Of a stretch of 64,000 nucleotides of DNA, positions 50,294 to 61,069 are shown piece after piece. Location of the stretch: contig CAWHTE010000003.1 in NCBI GenBank assembly GCA_963832165.1, positions 263,324 through 327,323 on the forward strand, written 5' to 3'. The first letter of the stretch is position 1. Every line of letters starts with the position of its first letter. The notes beneath the pieces were generated by a model. It made no database searches. It worked only from the letters and a program-made list of their open reading frames with translations, and had not been told where the DNA came from. The position numbers and the translations under genes were made by a program. Source of the stretch: an uncultured delta proteobacterium. GTDB lineage: Bacteria; Myxococcota_A; UBA9160; SMWR01.

Positions 50294-51808
50294 GCGAACG
50301 AAAGAGCGAGCGCGAGGCACGCCGCGCGAAGCTCGCCGCGCTGCGCGCAGCAGGCGTCGATCCCGTATCCGCCGCGCGTCGGCGCGCGCGAACCGCTCGC
50401 GGACGTGCGCGCGCGCTTCGGCGAGCTCGATACGGCTGCGCTCGCGTCCGATCCGCAGCGCGTGGCGATCGTGGGCCGCGTGATCGCGCTCCGCTCGTTC
50501 GGCAAGCTCGTATTCGCCACGCTGCTCGAGAACGGGGAGCGGCTCCAGATCAGCGCGCGCAAGGGCGATCTCGCGCCCGAGCTGTTCGATTTCGTCAAGC
50601 GCCTCGACGTGGGCGACTTCGTGCGCGTCGAGGGGATCGTCTGGCGCACGCAGAGCGACGAGCTCACCGTGGACGTGCGAGCGGCCGAGCTGCTCGCGAA
50701 GGGCCTCTCCCCGCTGCCCGAGAAATGGCACGGACTCTCCGACATCGAGGCGCGCTTTCGCCAGCGCCACCTCGATCTGCTCGTGAACGAGGACGCGCGG
50801 CGCATCGCGATCCAGCGCAGCCGCGTGGTCTCCGCGATGCGCGCGAGCCTCGACGCGCGCGGCTTCCTCGAGGTGGAGACGCCCGTGCTCCAACCCCTGT
50901 ACGGCGGCGCCGCGGCGCGGCCGTTCACCACGCATCACAACGCCTACGATCAGAATCTCTACCTGCGGATCTCGGACGAGCTCTACCTGAAGCGGCTCGT
51001 CGTCGGCGGGCTCGACCGCGTCTATGAGATCGGGCGGGTCTTCCGAAACGAAGGGGTGTCGCGCAAGCACAACCCGGAATTCACGATGATGGAGTGCTAC
51101 CAGGCCTACGCCGACTACCGCGACATGATGGTGCTCGCGCAGTCGCTCGTGCAGGAGATCGCCACGCGCGTGCTCGGCACCACGCGCATCGACTACCAGG
51201 GTCACGCGCTCGAGCTGGCCGGGGAATGGCGTCGCGCGACGCTGCGCGACGCGATCGGCGAAGCGATCGGCATCGACGTGCTCGCCCACGCGGAGCTCGG
51301 CGCGCTGCGCGACGCCGCGCGCGCGCGCGGGCTCGATCCGGGCGACGCGCCGAGCTGGGGCCGGCTCGTCGACGATCTGTTCAGCGCGCACGTCGAGCCG
51401 ACGTTGATTCAGCCCACCTTCATCACGGACTATCCCGTCGAGCTCTCTCCGCTTGCGAAGCGCTCACCCGCCGATCCGCGTCTCGTGGAGCGCTTCGAGC
51501 CGTTCCTCGCCGGCATGGAGATCGGCAACGCGTTCTCGGAGCTCAATGATCCGGACGACCAGCGCGAGCGTCTGCTCGCGAGTCGCCTCGCGTTCGAGGC
51601 CGGCGACGAGGAAGCGCACCCGCTCGACGAGGACTATCTGCGCGCGCTCGAGGTGGGGCTGCCGCCGACCGGCGGACTCGGCATGGGCGTGGATCGCCTC
51701 ACGATGATCTTGTGCGGCGCTCCGAATCTGCGCGAGGTGATCACGTTCCCGCACATGCGGCCCGTCGCGCCGGGCAGCGAAGAAGACCCCTCGCTAGAGG
51801 AAGCATGA
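50290..51808 (+). CDS. lysS: lysine--tRNA ligase (class II); frame broken as written (extra base at 50365)
   Basis: ATGA overlap with prf[26 protein letters not shown] is in frame 1. From 50366 [21 protein letters not shown]... continues in the frame of ORF 50405..51808 ([37 protein letters not shown]). Confidence 0.85.
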
Positions 51809-53779
51809 ACGAGCTGCTCGTCGGTGCGTGGGCCGTATTGACCGCAGCGGGCGGAACCATTGCGCTCGTGCTGATCCTCGCGCTCGCGGTCGGCATCAAT
51901 GCGATGACGCTGTTCTTCTTCGGCTCCGCGGTGGTAGTGCTCGAGCGCTTCGCGCGCGTGGCGAACCGCCGCGTCGTGATCCTCGTGTGCTCGCTGGTCT
52001 GGGTGCTGGTGCTCGGCGTGTTCACGCTCTACTGGAACTCCGACGCACTCGCGAGCCTGGACTTCCGGGAGCGACTGCACGCGTTCGGCATCGGCTGCGC
52101 GCGCGCGGCCGCGAGCGTGCTCGTGTTCGTGGTGGTATGCCGTGCCGGCCTGCGCTTCGTCTCGCCGCAGCGGCTCGGACTGACGGTGCTCGCGGTGCTC
52201 GGACTCGCCACCGCTCTCGTGCTCGGCGGCAGCGGGCAGCTCGGCTACGCCGCGGCACCCGTGATCGTGGCCGCTTCGGCGGCCGCCGTGCTCGCGGTGC
52301 GGCGCCGCGCGAGCCGTTCGGACAGCGCGAGCGAGGTCGAGGCGATGTTCGCGGTGCTCGCGGCGTCGCTCGCGATCGGTCCGCTGCTCGCGGTGGCGTT
52401 CGCGGAGCCGAACGAGCCCGTAGCCCAGGTGGGCGCCGTGATCTTCGGGTTCGTGCTCGCGGCGGTGCTCCTGGGCCTCGTTCCGCTCGCGGTGGCCGGC
52501 ATCATCGATCGCCGCCCCACGGCCGAGTGGTTCATCGCGGTGCGCTACCTGCTGGCGAAGCGGCGCCAGACCTTCATCTCGATCATCACGGGCATCTGCG
52601 TGGTGGGAATCGCCGCGGGTGTGTGGCTGATCATCACCGTGCTCTCGGTGATGAACGGCTTCGAGCGCACCTGGCGCGACGAGATCATCGGAAATCGCGC
52701 GCACTTCACCGTGCAGAGCGGCCTGGGCCCGTTCCGGGACTACGATCGCCGTGCTCGCCACCGTCGCGGGTACCGAGGGCGTGACCGCGGCGTCTCCGTA
52801 CCTCGACGCCGAGGGCATGGTGCGCGGCGAGGCGGGCGAGATCGTGGCGGTGCGCCTGCGCGGCGTCGACCCGGAGCGCGTCGCGCACGTGACCGACCTG
52901 CGCGACGACATCGTCGACGGCACGCTCGAGAGCCTCGCGCCGGAGGCATCCGACCCCGACGCGCCGCCGATCCTGATCGGGAGCCAGCTCGCGAGCGCGC
53001 TGGGCCTGCGCGTCGGCCAGCCGCTCCTGCTGATCTCGCCGTTCGGCGGGCCGCAGACTCCGCTCGGGCCCGCGCCGCGCCTCGCCCGCTTCACGGTCGC
53101 GGGGATCTTCGAGTCGAGCTTCTTCCAGTACGACGAGATGTACACCTACACCAACCTCGCCGCGGCGCAGGACTTCAAGCGCGTCGGCGACGTCGTCGAC
53201 GGAATCGAAGCGCGCACCACCGACTACTACCGCTCGCGCATGGTCGCCGAGCGGGTGCAGCGAGAGCTCGGCTTCCCGTACTACACGCGCGATTGGAAGG
53301 AGTTCTTCCCGGCGTTCTTCCAGGCGCTCAAGAGCGAGCGCGTGATGATGTTCATCCTGCTCACGATGATCATGGTGGTCGCGGCGTTCTCGATCGTCTC
53401 GACGCTCGTGATGATGATCATGGAGAAGTCGAGCGACATCGCGATCCTCAAGGCGATGGGCGCCGAGGACGACGCGATCGAGCGGATCTTCGCGCTCGAG
53501 GGCACGCTGATCGGCCTCGTCGGCACCACGCTCGGCGTGATCGCGGGCATCTCGGTCACGGCGCGCATCGCTTTCATCCAGCACCAGATCGAGAACGTGC
53601 TCGGGATCGATACGCTGCCCGCGAGCGTCTACCAGTTCTCGACGCTGCCGGCCGAGCTCGATGCGGGGCAGATCGCACTCGCGGTGGGCCTCGCGCTCGT
53701 GCTCGCGCTCGGCGCGACCCTGTTGCCGAGCCGCGGCGCGGCGCGGCTCGATCCCGTGGAGTCGCTGCGTTATGAGTAG
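51805..53779 (+). CDS. LolC/LolE-type lipoprotein-release permease with long polytopic N-terminal extension; frame broken as written (extra base at 52750)
   Basis: Frame of ORF 51712 from ATG 51805, with about 250 aa of TM helices, then [32 protein letters not shown]...[16 protein letters not shown]. Continues at 52751 in ORF 52751..53779 ([18 protein letters not shown]...[20 protein letters not shown]). Confidence 0.75.
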
Positions 53780-54482
53780 CCCGCTGCTCGAGGCGCGCGA
53801 AGTGCGCCGCTCGTTCGCAACCGGAGACGGCAAGATCGACGTGCTGCGCGGCGTCGATCTCGTGATCCGCGAGCGCGAGCGGATCGCGATCGTCGGCAGC
53901 TCCGGCGTCGGCAAGTCGACCCTGCTGCACGTGCTGGGCACGCTCGACCGCCCGACCTCGGGCCAGATCTGGTTCGACGGCGAGGACCTGTTCACGCGCG
54001 ACTCGGCCGGGCTCGCGCGTTTCCGCAACCAGTCGCTCGGGTTCATCTTCCAGTTCCATCATCTGCTGCCCGAGTTCAACGCGTGCGAGAACGTGATGAT
54101 GCCGGGCCTGCTCGGCGGCCAGCGCGCCTCCGAGATGCGCGAGCGCGCGCTGCGCCTGCTCGGGGAGGTCGGACTCGAGCACCGCGTGAACCACCCGGTG
54201 GGCAAGCTCTCGGGCGGCGAGCGCCAGCGCGTGGCGGTCGCGCGCGCGCTCGTGCTCGAGCCGCGCCTCGTGCTCGCGGACGAGCCGACCGGCAATCTCG
54301 ACCCGAAGACCGCAGATCAGGTGCTCGAGCTGCTGCTCGAGATGAACCGCGTGCACGGCACCGCGCTCGTGGTGGTGACGCACAGCCCCGAGCTCGCGCT
54401 GCGGCTCGGGCGGCGCGTCGAGCTGGTCGACGGCTATCTCGTCGAGGGCGAATCCGGCGCGGGCCTCGGATTGCCTGCCTGA
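53772..54482 (+). CDS. lolD: lipoprotein-releasing system ATP-binding protein
   Basis: Internal ATG of ORF 53661..54482. [38 protein letters not shown]. Confidence 0.9.
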   Translation: MSSPLLEAREVRRSFATGDGKIDVLRGVDLVIRERERIAIVGSSGVGKSTLLHVLGTLDRPTSGQIWFDGEDLFTRDSAGLARFRNQSLGFIFQFHHLLPEFNACENVMMPGLLGGQRASEMRERALRLLGEVGLEHRVNHPVGKLSGGERQRVAVARALVLEPRLVLADEPTGNLDPKTADQVLELLLEMNRVHGTALVVVTHSPELALRLGRRVELVDGYLVEGESGAGLGLPA

Positions 54483-54561
54483 GTCTTGTATCCGGCCCGG
54501 GCGGATCTTAGAGTCCGGCGCGTCCCCGCCCAGGCAGCAGCGACCAGCGATCAGGAGCGAG

Positions 54562-57500
54562 TTGGAGGATCGGGTGCGCTCACATCGCGCCGGCCGCGCG
54601 CCCCGCGGTTCGTGGCCCGCCCTGCTCGCCGGAATTGCGATCGGGCTCGCGGCGTTGGATGCCTCTGCACAGCCCGCGGACCCCGAGCCGCCCGCCGGCG
54701 CGGCGCCGGGTCCCGCGCCGCGTGTCGCGGTGTTCACGTTCGCAGTCCAGAGCGCGGAGGCGGGTCCCGAGCTCGGCGGTCAGCTCGCGCGCGAGCTCGC
54801 CGCGATCCTCGCCGAGGACCGACGCGTTGCCGTGGTGGACGAGGCCGTCCGCCGCGAGACCCCCGAGCCCGCACCCGGGGAGACGCGCGACGCGGCGCTG
54901 CGCCGCGCGGGCGCCGAGCTCGGCGCGGACTACCTGGTGACGGGCACCGCCACGCAGCTCGTGCGCGGCGGCGGCGTCGATCTCGCGGTGCGCCTCACGG
55001 GACGCGATCCGGGTGGGCGCAGCGATACCCAGGTGTTGACCGCGCGCGCGCTGGGCGAGCTCACGGGCCGGCTCTCCGAGGTCGCGGAGCGGATCATCGC
55101 GCAGGTGGTGGGGACGCCACCCGCGCGCGTCGTCTCGGTGGAGATCACGGGCGCCCCCGGCTTCGAAGACGACCTGGCCTCGCGCCTCACCACGCGCGCG
55201 GGGCAGCCCTACGATCCGCAAGCGGTGCGCGAGGACCTCACCACGCTCCGCGGCAGCGCGGCGATCATCTCCGCACAGGCGCGCACCGAGCGCACGCCCG
55301 CGGGCGTGGTGGTGCGCTTCGACGTCGTGCTCGCGGACCCGACCGCGCGCCGGCGCGAAGCCGGCGAGCCGATCGCGCAGGTCGAAGTACGCGGCAACCG
55401 TCGGATCGATGCCGACGCGATCCGCGGCCGGATCGGCTCGAAGGCGGGCGCGCCGCTCAACGCGGCTCAGATCGCCAAGGACATCGAGGAGGTCCACAAG
55501 CTCGGCTTCTTCAAGAACGTGCAGGCCAAACGCGAGACGACCGCAGCGGGAATTGCGGTGGTGTTCGAGGTCGAAGAGAACCCGCTCGTGCGCCAGATCT
55601 CGATCTCGGGCAACGAGAACATCGAGAGCGACAAGATTCGCGAGGCGCTCACGCTCGCGACCGGCTCGACGCTCGACTATCCGCTGCTGTTCGAGAACCG
55701 CCGGCGCATCGAGACGCTCTACCGCGCGCAGGGCTACTACCTCGCGAAGGTGAACTTCGAGATCGAGCCGCTCGGCGAGTCGGCGGTCGGGATCCATTTC
55801 GACGTGAGCGAGGGCGACAAGCTCAAGCTGCGCGAGATCGACTTCACGGGCAACGATCACTTCGACGACGACGAGCTCTCGGAGGGCTTCCAGACCAAGA
55901 TCTGGCACTTCTGGTCCTACGCCACCTCGTGGTTCGACAACTCGGGGACGTACTCGGAGCCGCTCTTCCTCCAGGATCTGCGCCACGTCGAGCGCAAGTA
56001 CGGCGACGCGGGCTATCTGCAGCTCAACGTCGGCGAGCCGCAGGTGGTCCCCGAGGAGGACGGCCTGATCGTGCGCGTCGCATTGCGCGAGGGCGATCAG
56101 TTCCGCGTCGGGAAGATCGACGTCACGGGCGATTCGACCGTCGACATCGACGCGCTGCAGGACAAGCTCAAGCTCCAGAGCGACGACGTGTTCAACCGCA
56201 GCTATTTGAACGACGACATCGCCGCGCTCACCGAGCACTACCAGGATCGCGGGTTCTACTTCGCGCAGGTCACGCCGCTCTCGAATCTCTCCGAGACCAC
56301 CGATCGCGTCGACGTCGCGTTCGACGTGCGCAAGGGCCCGCTCTACTTCATCCGCCGGATCGAGGTCGGCGGCAACTCGGTGACGATCGATCCGGTGGTC
56401 CGGCGCGAGATTCCGATCGCCGAGGGGCAGCTCTACTCGCAGCGCAAGGTCCAGATCGCGCGCCAGCGCGTCGAGCGGCTCGGCTATTTCGAAGAGGTCG
56501 ACTTCCAGATCGAGCCGACCGATGCGCCCGACCAGCTCGACCTCAAGGTCTCGGTGGTGGAGCGCCCGACCGGCTCGTTCAGCTTCGGCGCCGGCTATTC
56601 GTCGCAGGACGGCGCGATCATCACGGGGTCGCTCTCGCAGGCCAATCTGTTCGGGCGCGGCTACTCCGCGAACATCTCGCTCGACTACGGCCGCCGGTCG
56701 CAGCGCTTCTTCATCAACATCGCCGATCCCTACTTCCTCGGCTCTACCTACAGCCTGTCGACGACGCTCTCGCGCACGAGCCTCGACTACGAGGACTTCG
56801 AGCAGGAGCAGTCCGGTATCGACGTCGTGCTCGGCCATACGCTCAACGAGGAGGGCACCACGCGCGGCTTCCTGCGCTACGGGTTCGATCTGCGCAATCT
56901 CGAGGACGACCGCAACGTGAACGCCGCGGGGCTGATCCTGCGCGAGATCCTCCAGGACGACGTCTCGAGCAGCGTGGTGGGCGTGTCGGTGATCTCGGAT
57001 ACGCGCGACGATCGGCTCGCTCCGACGGCGGGACACCAGATCGGCGGCTCGCTCGAGGGCTCCGGAATCGGCGGCTTCTCGCGCTTCGCCCGGCTCGAGG
57101 GGCGCGCGGTGTACTTCCTCGGGGCGCCGAACTGGCTGTTCGACCGGTCGAGCTTCGTGGTGGCGGTGCGCGCGGGCTGGGCGGTCCCGTTCAACCAGAT
57201 CGGCGACTTCGACACCTTCAATCCGCTGGCCATCGACGCGACGCTGCTCGCGACGAGTCCCCAGTTCCGCCGCCTCGAAGACGTCGACGACGACCTCACG
57301 CTGCCGCTCACCGAGCGCTATTTCCTCGGCGGTCTCGGGCAATTCCAGCTGCGCGGGTTCAAGGCGCGTTCGGTCGGACCGCGGCGCGCGATCCTGCGCC
57401 AGATCGGCGGCAACGTCTTCGCGCCGGTCGGCTACAACGCGCTCACGGGTCAGTGCGAAGACTTCGGCTCCAACTTCGTCTTCGGCGGCAATCTCGACGG

Positions 57501-57846
57501 CGAGTGCAACGACATCAACGATCGCGACGTCGACGACTTCGAGGATCTCGACGAGACCGACGTGATCGGAGGCAACAAGTTCTCCTCGGCGAGCTTCGAG
57601 TATCGCTTCCCGATCTCGGAGACGATCGGTCTCCAGGGCGTGGCGTTCATCGACATGGGCAACGCCTTCGACGAGCGCCAGTGGAACCTGTTTGACGTTA
57701 CCGAGTGGCGCTACGGTACGGGCGCGGGCGTCCAATGGTTCTCGCCTTTCGGACCTCTCGCGGTCGTGTTGGGGTTCCCGCTGGACCGGCTCTCCGTGGA
57801 AAAATCTCCGGTCTTCGAGTTCTCCATCGGCGGTTCGGCGTTCTAG
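54562..57846 (+). CDS. bamA: outer membrane protein assembly factor BamA, unusually long (about 1090 aa)
   Basis: POTRA repeats from about residue 195 (VVSVEITGAPGFEDDL...). C-terminal Omp85 barrel ending ...FSIGGSAF. There is an extra N-terminal domain and an acidic Cys-containing insert in the barrel. Confidence 0.9.
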   Translation: MEDRVRSHRAGRAPRGSWPALLAGIAIGLAALDASAQPADPEPPAGAAPGPAPRVAVFTFAVQSAEAGPELGGQLARELAAILAEDRRVAVVDEAVRRETPEPAPGETRDAALRRAGAELGADYLVTGTATQLVRGGGVDLAVRLTGRDPGGRSDTQVLTARALGELTGRLSEVAERIIAQVVGTPPARVVSVEITGAPGFEDDLASRLTTRAGQPYDPQAVREDLTTLRGSAAIISAQARTERTPAGVVVRFDVVLADPTARRREAGEPIAQVEVRGNRRIDADAIRGRIGSKAGAPLNAAQIAKDIEEVHKLGFFKNVQAKRETTAAGIAVVFEVEENPLVRQISISGNENIESDKIREALTLATGSTLDYPLLFENRRRIETLYRAQGYYLAKVNFEIEPLGESAVGIHFDVSEGDKLKLREIDFTGNDHFDDDELSEGFQTKIWHFWSYATSWFDNSGTYSEPLFLQDLRHVERKYGDAGYLQLNVGEPQVVPEEDGLIVRVALREGDQFRVGKIDVTGDSTVDIDALQDKLKLQSDDVFNRSYLNDDIAALTEHYQDRGFYFAQVTPLSNLSETTDRVDVAFDVRKGPLYFIRRIEVGGNSVTIDPVVRREIPIAEGQLYSQRKVQIARQRVERLGYFEEVDFQIEPTDAPDQLDLKVSVVERPTGSFSFGAGYSSQDGAIITGSLSQANLFGRGYSANISLDYGRRSQRFFINIADPYFLGSTYSLSTTLSRTSLDYEDFEQEQSGIDVVLGHTLNEEGTTRGFLRYGFDLRNLEDDRNVNAAGLILREILQDDVSSSVVGVSVISDTRDDRLAPTAGHQIGGSLEGSGIGGFSRFARLEGRAVYFLGAPNWLFDRSSFVVAVRAGWAVPFNQIGDFDTFNPLAIDATLLATSPQFRRLEDVDDDLTLPLTERYFLGGLGQFQLRGFKARSVGPRRAILRQIGGNVFAPVGYNALTGQCEDFGSNFVFGGNLDGECNDINDRDVDDFEDLDETDVIGGNKFSSASFEYRFPISETIGLQGVAFIDMGNAFDERQWNLFDVTEWRYGTGAGVQWFSPFGPLAVVLGFPLDRLSVEKSPVFEFSIGGSAF

Positions 57847-57953
57847 CGCGGCCCGGGCGATCCCACGGGGAGCCACAGCCCGGAATGAGCGATATGTTCG
57901 CGCGGTTCAGCGGCCCGCCGCGGCAGATCTCGGTTGGGTGGAGAGGGGGAAAC

Positions 57954-58475
57954 ATGCAGATCCACAAGGCTTTCGTGCTACTCGCGCTCGCGGCGATCCT
58001 GGTCTGGGGCACCGCTGCACAAGACGACGGGATCAAGATCGGCATCGTCGACATCGATCAGGCGATCAGCTCGACCACCGAGGGCAAGGCGGCGCGCGAG
58101 GAGTTCGCCCGCAAGCAGCGCGAGGCCGAGTCGAAGATCCAGCCCATGATCGAGAAGTATCAGGGGCTCGAAGAGGATCTGAAGCAGAAGAAGTTCGTGC
58201 TCTCCGACGAGGCGCTGTTCCAGAAGCAGCTCGACCTCGCGCAGATGCGCAACGAGATCGAGACCAAGATGAAGGAGCTCGAGGGCCAGCTCCAGCTCGA
58301 TCAGAAGCGGCTCGAAGGGCCGCTCACCAAGAAGCTCGTGGACGTGATCGAGGGAGCGGGCAAGGAGGCGGGCTTCACGATGATCCTGCGCCGCGGCTCG
58401 CCGGGTCTGCTCTACACCCGCGAAGCGCTCGACATCACGGACCTGATCATCAAGAAGTACAACCAGAAGAGCTGA
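57954..58475 (+). CDS. skp: OmpH/Skp periplasmic chaperone
   Basis: Internal ATG of ORF 57705..58475, preceded by GAGAGGGGGA. Signal peptide MQIHKAFVLLALAAILVWGTAAQ and IGIVDIDQAISSTTEGKAA. Located after bamA. Confidence 0.85.
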   Translation: MQIHKAFVLLALAAILVWGTAAQDDGIKIGIVDIDQAISSTTEGKAAREEFARKQREAESKIQPMIEKYQGLEEDLKQKKFVLSDEALFQKQLDLAQMRNEIETKMKELEGQLQLDQKRLEGPLTKKLVDVIEGAGKEAGFTMILRRGSPGLLYTREALDITDLIIKKYNQKS

Positions 58476-58483
58476 GTCGAGCC

Positions 58484-59260
58484 GTGCCGAACATCCATCC
58501 GACGGCGGTCGTCGATCCGGGGGCGAAGCTCGCCGACGACGTCACGGTCGGAGCGCTCTCGACGATCGGGAGCGAGGTCGAGATCGGCCCGGGCGTCGAG
58601 ATCGGGCCGCAGGTGTGCATCACGGGCCGCACGCGGATCGGCGCGCGCACGCGGATCTTCCCGTTCGCAGCGATCGGGCTCACGCCCCAGGTGCTCGGCT
58701 TCGACGGCCGCGCTGGCGAGCTCGTGATCGGCGAGGACAACGAGATCCGCGAGCACGTCTCGATCCACGTCGGACTCCCCGACCACGGCGGCGTCACCTC
58801 GCTCGGTCACCACAATCTGATCCAGAACGGTTTCCACATCGCCCACGACTGCCAGATCGGCAACTACTGCGTGTTCGCGGGCATGAGCGGGTTCGCCGGG
58901 CACTGCATCGTGGAGGACTTCGCCGTGGTGGGCGCGATGTCGGGGGTCCACCAGTTCGTGCGGATCGGCGAGTCTGCGTTCACGGCCGCCAACTCGATCG
59001 CGACCAAGGACGTCCCGCCGTTCGCAAGGGTCGCGGGTGACCGCGCGCGCTTCGTCGGTATCAACACGATCAACCTGGAGCGGCGCGGCTTCGACAAGGA
59101 GCGGATCGCCACGATCAAGCACGCCTACCATCTGCTGTTCCAGTCGAAGCTCCAGTTCGAAGAGGCGTGCAAACGCGTGGAAAGCGAATGCGGCGGATCG
59201 CGCGACGTGCAGCACCTGCTCGGGTTCCTGCGCTCGTCCGAACGCGGATTCATCCGCTAA
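58484..59260 (+). CDS. lpxA: acyl-ACP--UDP-N-acetylglucosamine O-acyltransferase
   Basis: GTG start. VPNIHPTAVVDPGAKL, hexapeptide repeats, and a C-terminal helical domain ...RGFDKERIATIKHAYHLLF. Confidence 0.9.
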   Translation: MPNIHPTAVVDPGAKLADDVTVGALSTIGSEVEIGPGVEIGPQVCITGRTRIGARTRIFPFAAIGLTPQVLGFDGRAGELVIGEDNEIREHVSIHVGLPDHGGVTSLGHHNLIQNGFHIAHDCQIGNYCVFAGMSGFAGHCIVEDFAVVGAMSGVHQFVRIGESAFTAANSIATKDVPPFARVAGDRARFVGINTINLERRGFDKERIATIKHAYHLLFQSKLQFEEACKRVESECGGSRDVQHLLGFLRSSERGFIR

Positions 59261-59264
59261 GAGC

Positions 59265-60107
59265 ATGTCGCAGCCCGGCTCGGGCGAGATTCTCGGCTTG
59301 ATCGCGGGCCAGGGGGCATTCCCCCTGGAGGTCGCGCGCATGGCGCAGCGGCGCGGCGTGCGCGTGGCGTGCGTGGCGCTGCGCGAACAGGCGCGCCCCG
59401 AGATCGAGAGCGCGGTCGAGTCGATCACCTGGATCTATCCGGGTGAGGTCGCGGCGGGGATCGCCGCGTTTCGCGCCGCGGGCGTGCGCGACGTGGTGAT
59501 GGCCGGCAAAGTCGGCAAGAGCGATCTGTTCTCGAATCCGGACGCGCTGCGTCTCGACGCGAGCGCCGCGGGGTTGATGAACGACCTCGCCGACCGCAAG
59601 GACGACTCGATCCTCGGCAAGCTGGCCGATTTCCTCGAGGCGGTCGGTCTGCGCCTCTTGCCGCAGTACGCGCTGACGCCGGAGCTGCTGGTGGCCGAGG
59701 GAGTGCTCACGCGCACGCAGCCCAGCGACGCGCAGCGCGCCGACATCGCATTCGGGTTTCCGATCGCCAAGGCGATCGGCGATCTCGACATCGGCCAGAC
59801 GGTCGTGGTGAAGGACCGCGCCGTGCTCGCCGTGGAGGCGATCGAGGGCACCGACGCCGCGATCCGTCGCGCCGGCGCGATCGCCGCGGGCGCGTGCGCC
59901 GTGAAGGTGGCGAAGCCGAGCCAGGACCCGCGCTTCGACGTGCCGACGATCGGGCCCGCAACGGTCGCGGTGCTCGCGGAGGCGAAGATTGCGGTGCTCG
60001 CGATCGAGGCCGGCGCCACCGTGGTGCTCGAGCGCGATGCGGTCGTGCGCGAGGCTGACGCGCACGGGATCGCGATCGTGGCGGTGCGTGCAGGAGGTGT
60101 CGCATGA
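59265..60107 (+). CDS. lpxI: UDP-2,3-diacylglucosamine diphosphatase LpxI (DUF1009)
   Basis: LGLIAGQGAFPLEVA...DIGQTVVVKDRAVLAVEAIEGTDAAIRRAG...KPSQDPRFDVPTIG. Position between lpxA and lpxB, as in Caulobacter. Confidence 0.75.
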   Translation: MSQPGSGEILGLIAGQGAFPLEVARMAQRRGVRVACVALREQARPEIESAVESITWIYPGEVAAGIAAFRAAGVRDVVMAGKVGKSDLFSNPDALRLDASAAGLMNDLADRKDDSILGKLADFLEAVGLRLLPQYALTPELLVAEGVLTRTQPSDAQRADIAFGFPIAKAIGDLDIGQTVVVKDRAVLAVEAIEGTDAAIRRAGAIAAGACAVKVAKPSQDPRFDVPTIGPATVAVLAEAKIAVLAIEAGATVVLERDAVVREADAHGIAIVAVRAGGVA

Positions 60108-61069
60108 GCGCGCTGCGGATCGCGGTGATCGGCGCAGGGGTGATGGGCGGGCATCACGCGCGCAAAGTGCGCGACCGCGCGCACCGCGAGGGCGACGTCG
60201 CGTTGTCCGGGATCTGTGACGTCGACTTCGAACGCGCGCGCGTGCTCGCGGGTAGCGTCGGCGCGCCTGCGGTCGAGAAGCCGACTGAGCTGTTCGCGGG
60301 CGCGGACGCGGCGATCGTCGCGGTGTCGGCCGTCGCGCACTACGAGGTGGCGCGCCGCGCGCTCGAAGCGGGCCTCGACGTGCTCGTCGAGAAACCGATC
60401 GCCGCCACGCTCGAAGAGGCCGAGACGCTCGTGGCGCTCGCGGCGAGCCGCGAGCGCGTGCTCCAGGTTGGACACCAGGAGTGGTTCAACGCGGCGATGC
60501 GCGTGGTGCGCGAGCAGATCGATCGCCCGCGATTCGCCGAGATCCACCGGCTCGGGCCGTTCCCGGAGCGCGGGACCGACGTGGACGTCGTACGCGACCT
60601 GATGATCCACGACATCGAGATCCTGCAGCAGCTGCTCGGCGCCGAGCCGGAGCGCGTGGATGCGGTGGGGGTCGAGGTGCTCACGGATCAAGTCGACATC
60701 GCGAACGCGCGGCTCGCGTTCCCGGGCACCTGCATCGCGAACCTGACCGCGAGCCGCGTCTCGGCCGCGCCGATGCGCAAGTTCCGGCTGTTCCAGCGCG
60801 ACGCCTACTTCTCGATCGACTTCCTGGCCCAGAAGGCGATGCTGTTCCGGCGCGTACCGACGCCGGACGGCGGCAAGAAGATCGAGATGCAGGCGCTCGA
60901 TACCGACCCCGAGGACGCGCTCGCGGCGCAGCTCGATGTGTTCGTCTCGGGCGTGCGCCGCCGCAGCGCCGAAGGCCTGCCCGGCGTCACGGGTGCGCAG
61001 GCGGCGTCCGCGCTGCGCACCGCGCTGCGCGTGATCGACGCGATGCCGGATACCGACAACCTCGAATGA
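60104..61069 (+). CDS. Gfo/Idh/MocA family NAD-dependent oxidoreductase (possible GnnA-like UDP-GlcNAc 3-dehydrogenase)
   Basis: Rossmann motif LRIAVIGAGVMGGHHA, and VLVEKPIA...GHQEWFN. Translationally coupled on both sides (ATGA) within the lpx cluster. The specific function is inferred. Confidence 0.75.
   Translation: MSALRIAVIGAGVMGGHHARKVRDRAHREGDVALSGICDVDFERARVLAGSVGAPAVEKPTELFAGADAAIVAVSAVAHYEVARRALEAGLDVLVEKPIAATLEEAETLVALAASRERVLQVGHQEWFNAAMRVVREQIDRPRFAEIHRLGPFPERGTDVDVVRDLMIHDIEILQQLLGAEPERVDAVGVEVLTDQVDIANARLAFPGTCIANLTASRVSAAPMRKFRLFQRDAYFSIDFLAQKAMLFRRVPTPDGGKKIEMQALDTDPEDALAAQLDVFVSGVRRRSAEGLPGVTGAQAASALRTALRVIDAMPDTDNLE

Noticed and set aside
48503-51391. 962-aa minus-strand ORF
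   Set aside because: Antisense to lnt, prfB and lysS. Shadow ORF.
54580-57876. 1098-aa minus-strand ORF
   Set aside because: It exactly mirrors bamA. The + strand carries the POTRA and Omp85 motifs.
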